Assembly: GCA_051531975.1 (NCBI GenBank)
Contig: JAOPTT010000002.1
Coordinates: forward strand, 1-64,000
Direction of reading: 5' to 3'
Source of the DNA: Spirochaetaceae bacterium
GTDB taxonomy: Bacteria > Spirochaetota > Spirochaetia > DSM-2461
Length of the DNA: 64,000 nt
A program made the translations under genes and the position numbers. Below the pieces are notes generated by a model. That model had not been told where the DNA came from, ran no database searches, and was given only the letters and a program-made list of their open reading frames with translations. Every line of letters begins with the position of its first letter. Position 1 is the first letter of the stretch. Positions 61,651 to 64,000 of the stretch are shown here, in pieces.

Positions 61651-62687
61651 AAATCTCTCTTTATATCCTCAATATTACTCAGTATTTTATTATATAAATC
61701 AATGTTTTCATCACTATAATATACGACATCAATATCTATATCTTTTATTTGGTAAAATTCGGGAATAAATAATTTTTTACCATATTTATATGCGTCGAAT
61801 TCTGCACCTGATGCCTTAGTCTCTCCATAATACTCCTCAACTAATCCATATTGTGTAATTTGTCTATTAATTGGAGCTAAAATAAAATCTGATTTTACGA
61901 TATATTCATAATAATGGTTTTGACTAATGTAATAATCAAACCAGGTAAATTTTTCTTTATATTCAATTGGAAGTAGATTTAGAATTTCTATTATATTATT
62001 AGATACAACTTTACCTAAAAATACAAAAGAAACATTATTATGAATATCTATGATTTTTTTTAACATCTCTATTAGATCTACATAATTACGTCTTTTATCG
62101 TTTACAGTACCTGGTATTACTATTGATAAGGAACTTCCACTTTTATTGTTGAAAACATCTTTTAATTTTTCTTTGAATTTTACAACATGTACAGGCTTAT
62201 CAACACGCTGTAGTAGATTTTCTTTTAATGTAGAATTTAAGACTATAAACTTATCCACTTTACAATTTATGAATCTCTTTAATTTGTCTTTAAAAAATCC
62301 AAGATTTATATCTTGAAAGTTTGAATTCAAATTATGAACTGTGAGGGATAGATTTCTTCTTAATACTATAAATAGTGCCTGCAAATACATGTCTTTACTA
62401 TAAAAAGGGGTATTCCAATATATATGACCTTTAGCATGTAGTAATAATTCAAAAAAAATGACAAGGGAGTTTTTAGATTTATAAGTGTAGATTTGATCTA
62501 ATTTTAATTCAGAATTAATTTTAGATATTTCACTCTTAATATTTTCATATCCTTGCTGTGTAATATAAATTTTAATGTTTGAATCAGCATTATTCTTTTT
62601 TACATAATTAAATAATGATATACAATAATCAAAGTGATTAGGTTCTAACTCAATGATACTTATATTATTTCTCATAAGATCTACCAT
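61647..62687 (-). CDS. Putative glycosyltransferase
   Basis: TVHN, IVIPGTVNDKRRNY, EYYGETKASG; lies inside the GT operon. Confidence 0.55.
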   Translation of the reverse strand: MVDLMRNNISIIELEPNHFDYCISLFNYVKKNNADSNIKIYITQQGYENIKSEISKINSELKLDQIYTYKSKNSLVIFFELLLHAKGHIYWNTPFYSKDMYLQALFIVLRRNLSLTVHNLNSNFQDINLGFFKDKLKRFINCKVDKFIVLNSTLKENLLQRVDKPVHVVKFKEKLKDVFNNKSGSSLSIVIPGTVNDKRRNYVDLIEMLKKIIDIHNNVSFVFLGKVVSNNIIEILNLLPIEYKEKFTWFDYYISQNHYYEYIVKSDFILAPINRQITQYGLVEEYYGETKASGAEFDAYKYGKKLFIPEFYQIKDIDIDVVYYSDENIDLYNKILSNIEDIKRDL

Positions 62688-63660
62688 AAGATATAAACAA
62701 CGGTTTCATAACGGTTGTAACATAACTTTTCCTTAAAATATTAATTAAAAACATATAACGAAATCTATTTTTAACCATGTAAAATAAATTTATATAAAAT
62801 TTCATAGAATGTTGTATACCCCTAAGACAAAAGAAAACCTTTTTCATCTCTTTACTTTTTAGTGAATTATAGAAAAATCTCTCTTTCATATAAAAAATAT
62901 ATGCAGTTCTTATATATCTTGGAAAACCTAAAAAAGAAGAATCATCAAAGTAATTATCCCAAATACTAAAAGAGTTTGTAAGTTTGTTTAGTCTATCAGA
63001 ATAATTTGTAGTCATTCTGTCGTCATCTATACTAATATTTGGCATAGAGAATGCTTCCTGAGAAGTTACAACTCTTTTGTTATTGGCTGCTAATTTAAAC
63101 CATAAATCATGATCAACGCCACTTTTTATATTTTCATTATATCCACCTAGATCACTTAGCATTTCTCTATTATAAAACTGAGAACCTACTGGAGGAGTAA
63201 AACCTTTTTTAATTATATCTAGTAAAAATCCATCAAAGAATGGAGGTGTAATTCTCACAAAGCTATCACCTTTTTTGAATATATTTCCACCAAAACTTGA
63301 ATACTGCTCACTATATTTATCACATAAGATAACCATATTGTTAATAAAATCTTCATGCCATACATCGTCATCATCAATAAAAGTAAAATATTTGCCAATT
63401 CCATTTTTGATAACATAATTTCTATTATATGCTAACTTTCTATTGGTTTTATTTTTTGTATATTTAATTCGCTTATCTGAATTTACATATTCTAAAACAA
63501 CCTCATCTGTGCAATCAGTTGAATTATCATTAATTATATAAATTTCCAAATTTTTATACGTTTGGTTAATTACAGAGTTTATGCATTTTCTAAGAGATTT
63601 TTCTCTATTATAAGTTGCTATACATATTGTAACTAAGTTTCTATTATCAAGCAAAGCCAA
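62665..63660 (-). CDS. GT2 glycosyltransferase
   Basis: ICIATYNR, INDNSTD, FIDDDD, VDHDLW. Confidence 0.9.
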   Translation of the reverse strand: MALLDNRNLVTICIATYNREKSLRKCINSVINQTYKNLEIYIINDNSTDCTDEVVLEYVNSDKRIKYTKNKTNRKLAYNRNYVIKNGIGKYFTFIDDDDVWHEDFINNMVILCDKYSEQYSSFGGNIFKKGDSFVRITPPFFDGFLLDIIKKGFTPPVGSQFYNREMLSDLGGYNENIKSGVDHDLWFKLAANNKRVVTSQEAFSMPNISIDDDRMTTNYSDRLNKLTNSFSIWDNYFDDSSFLGFPRYIRTAYIFYMKERFFYNSLKSKEMKKVFFCLRGIQHSMKFYINLFYMVKNRFRYMFLINILRKSYVTTVMKPLFISYGRSYEK

Positions 63661-63677
63661 ATCCCTCTAAAATGTTT

Positions 63678-64000
63678 CTAAAATAATGCGTAATATATAA
63701 ATTTAATTACTAATTTTAATTTAAATCCACCTAATTTTAAGGAGGCTTTAATATAGTTAATTGAATTAATTTTATCCTGCTTATCTTTGGATATTCTATT
63801 TTTTTTAAAATATAAATGGCCTAGTTTTTCAAGATAAATACACTTAGCTTTATCATATATACTATAAAGATCATTAAACTTCTCTAAATTATATTCCATA
63901 GCCGATATGTGTCTATTTATTGATAAAACACTATGTTTGCCAGTCATTCTTTCATTTGCAGTTCCAACGTATATTTTAGCAAAAAATTCAGGTATGATAT
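63678..64000 (-). CDS. C-terminal part of a gene starting beyond the window, probably a glycosyltransferase
   Basis: Frame is open from the window edge (IIPEFFAKIYVGTANERMTGK...) to the stop at 63678. Confidence 0.6.
   Translation of the reverse strand, partial: IIPEFFAKIYVGTANERMTGKHSVLSINRHISAMEYNLEKFNDLYSIYDKAKCIYLEKLGHLYFKKNRISKDKQDKINSINYIKASLKLGGFKLKLVIKFIYYALF

Noticed and set aside
1..64000. CRISPR array, tRNA, rRNA, intact IS or prophage
   Set aside because: None recognised by eye: no regularly spaced repeats, cloverleafs, DDE transposase or integrase

Overview
AT-rich bacterial DNA, probably from a free-living spirochaete (inferred from the HrpA type and the secreted hypothetical proteins; not verified). 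The first 5 kb are housekeeping genes: an aldo/keto reductase fragment, hrpA, a HigBA toxin-antitoxin pair and aroB. The rest is a mosaic surface-glycan locus with many glycosyltransferases, Wzx, Wzy, three initiating transferases, three Wzi-like beta-barrels, rfbACDB, ugd, manC and a GtrA/GtrB/GT-C module. Main observations: (1) A tightly coupled operon (22684-35193, minus strand) has homologues of the Campylobacter phosphoramidate enzymes: a Cj1418-like glutamine kinase fused to a nucleotidyltransferase, a Cj1417-like hydrolase and a Cj1416-like cytidylyltransferase. They are joined to a YidC-like protein lacking the conserved Arg, a TagF-like phosphotransferase, a small YLDPGTGS membrane peptide and an LtaS-like transferase, which together may be an uncharacterised route for putting phosphoramidate on surface glycans. 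(2) Orphan, mostly synonymously diverged copies of gene 3' ends (one of hrpA, two of rfbB) bracket integrase-free cargo, suggesting repeated insertion by 3'-end replacement. (3) A 5 kb islet holds three HEPN/MNT pairs, an Rpn nuclease and an unknown gene. (4) Many first genes have a -10 box 5-7 nt before the ATG and no Shine-Dalgarno sequence, suggesting leaderless mRNAs. All calls come from reading motifs by eye; no database searches were run.
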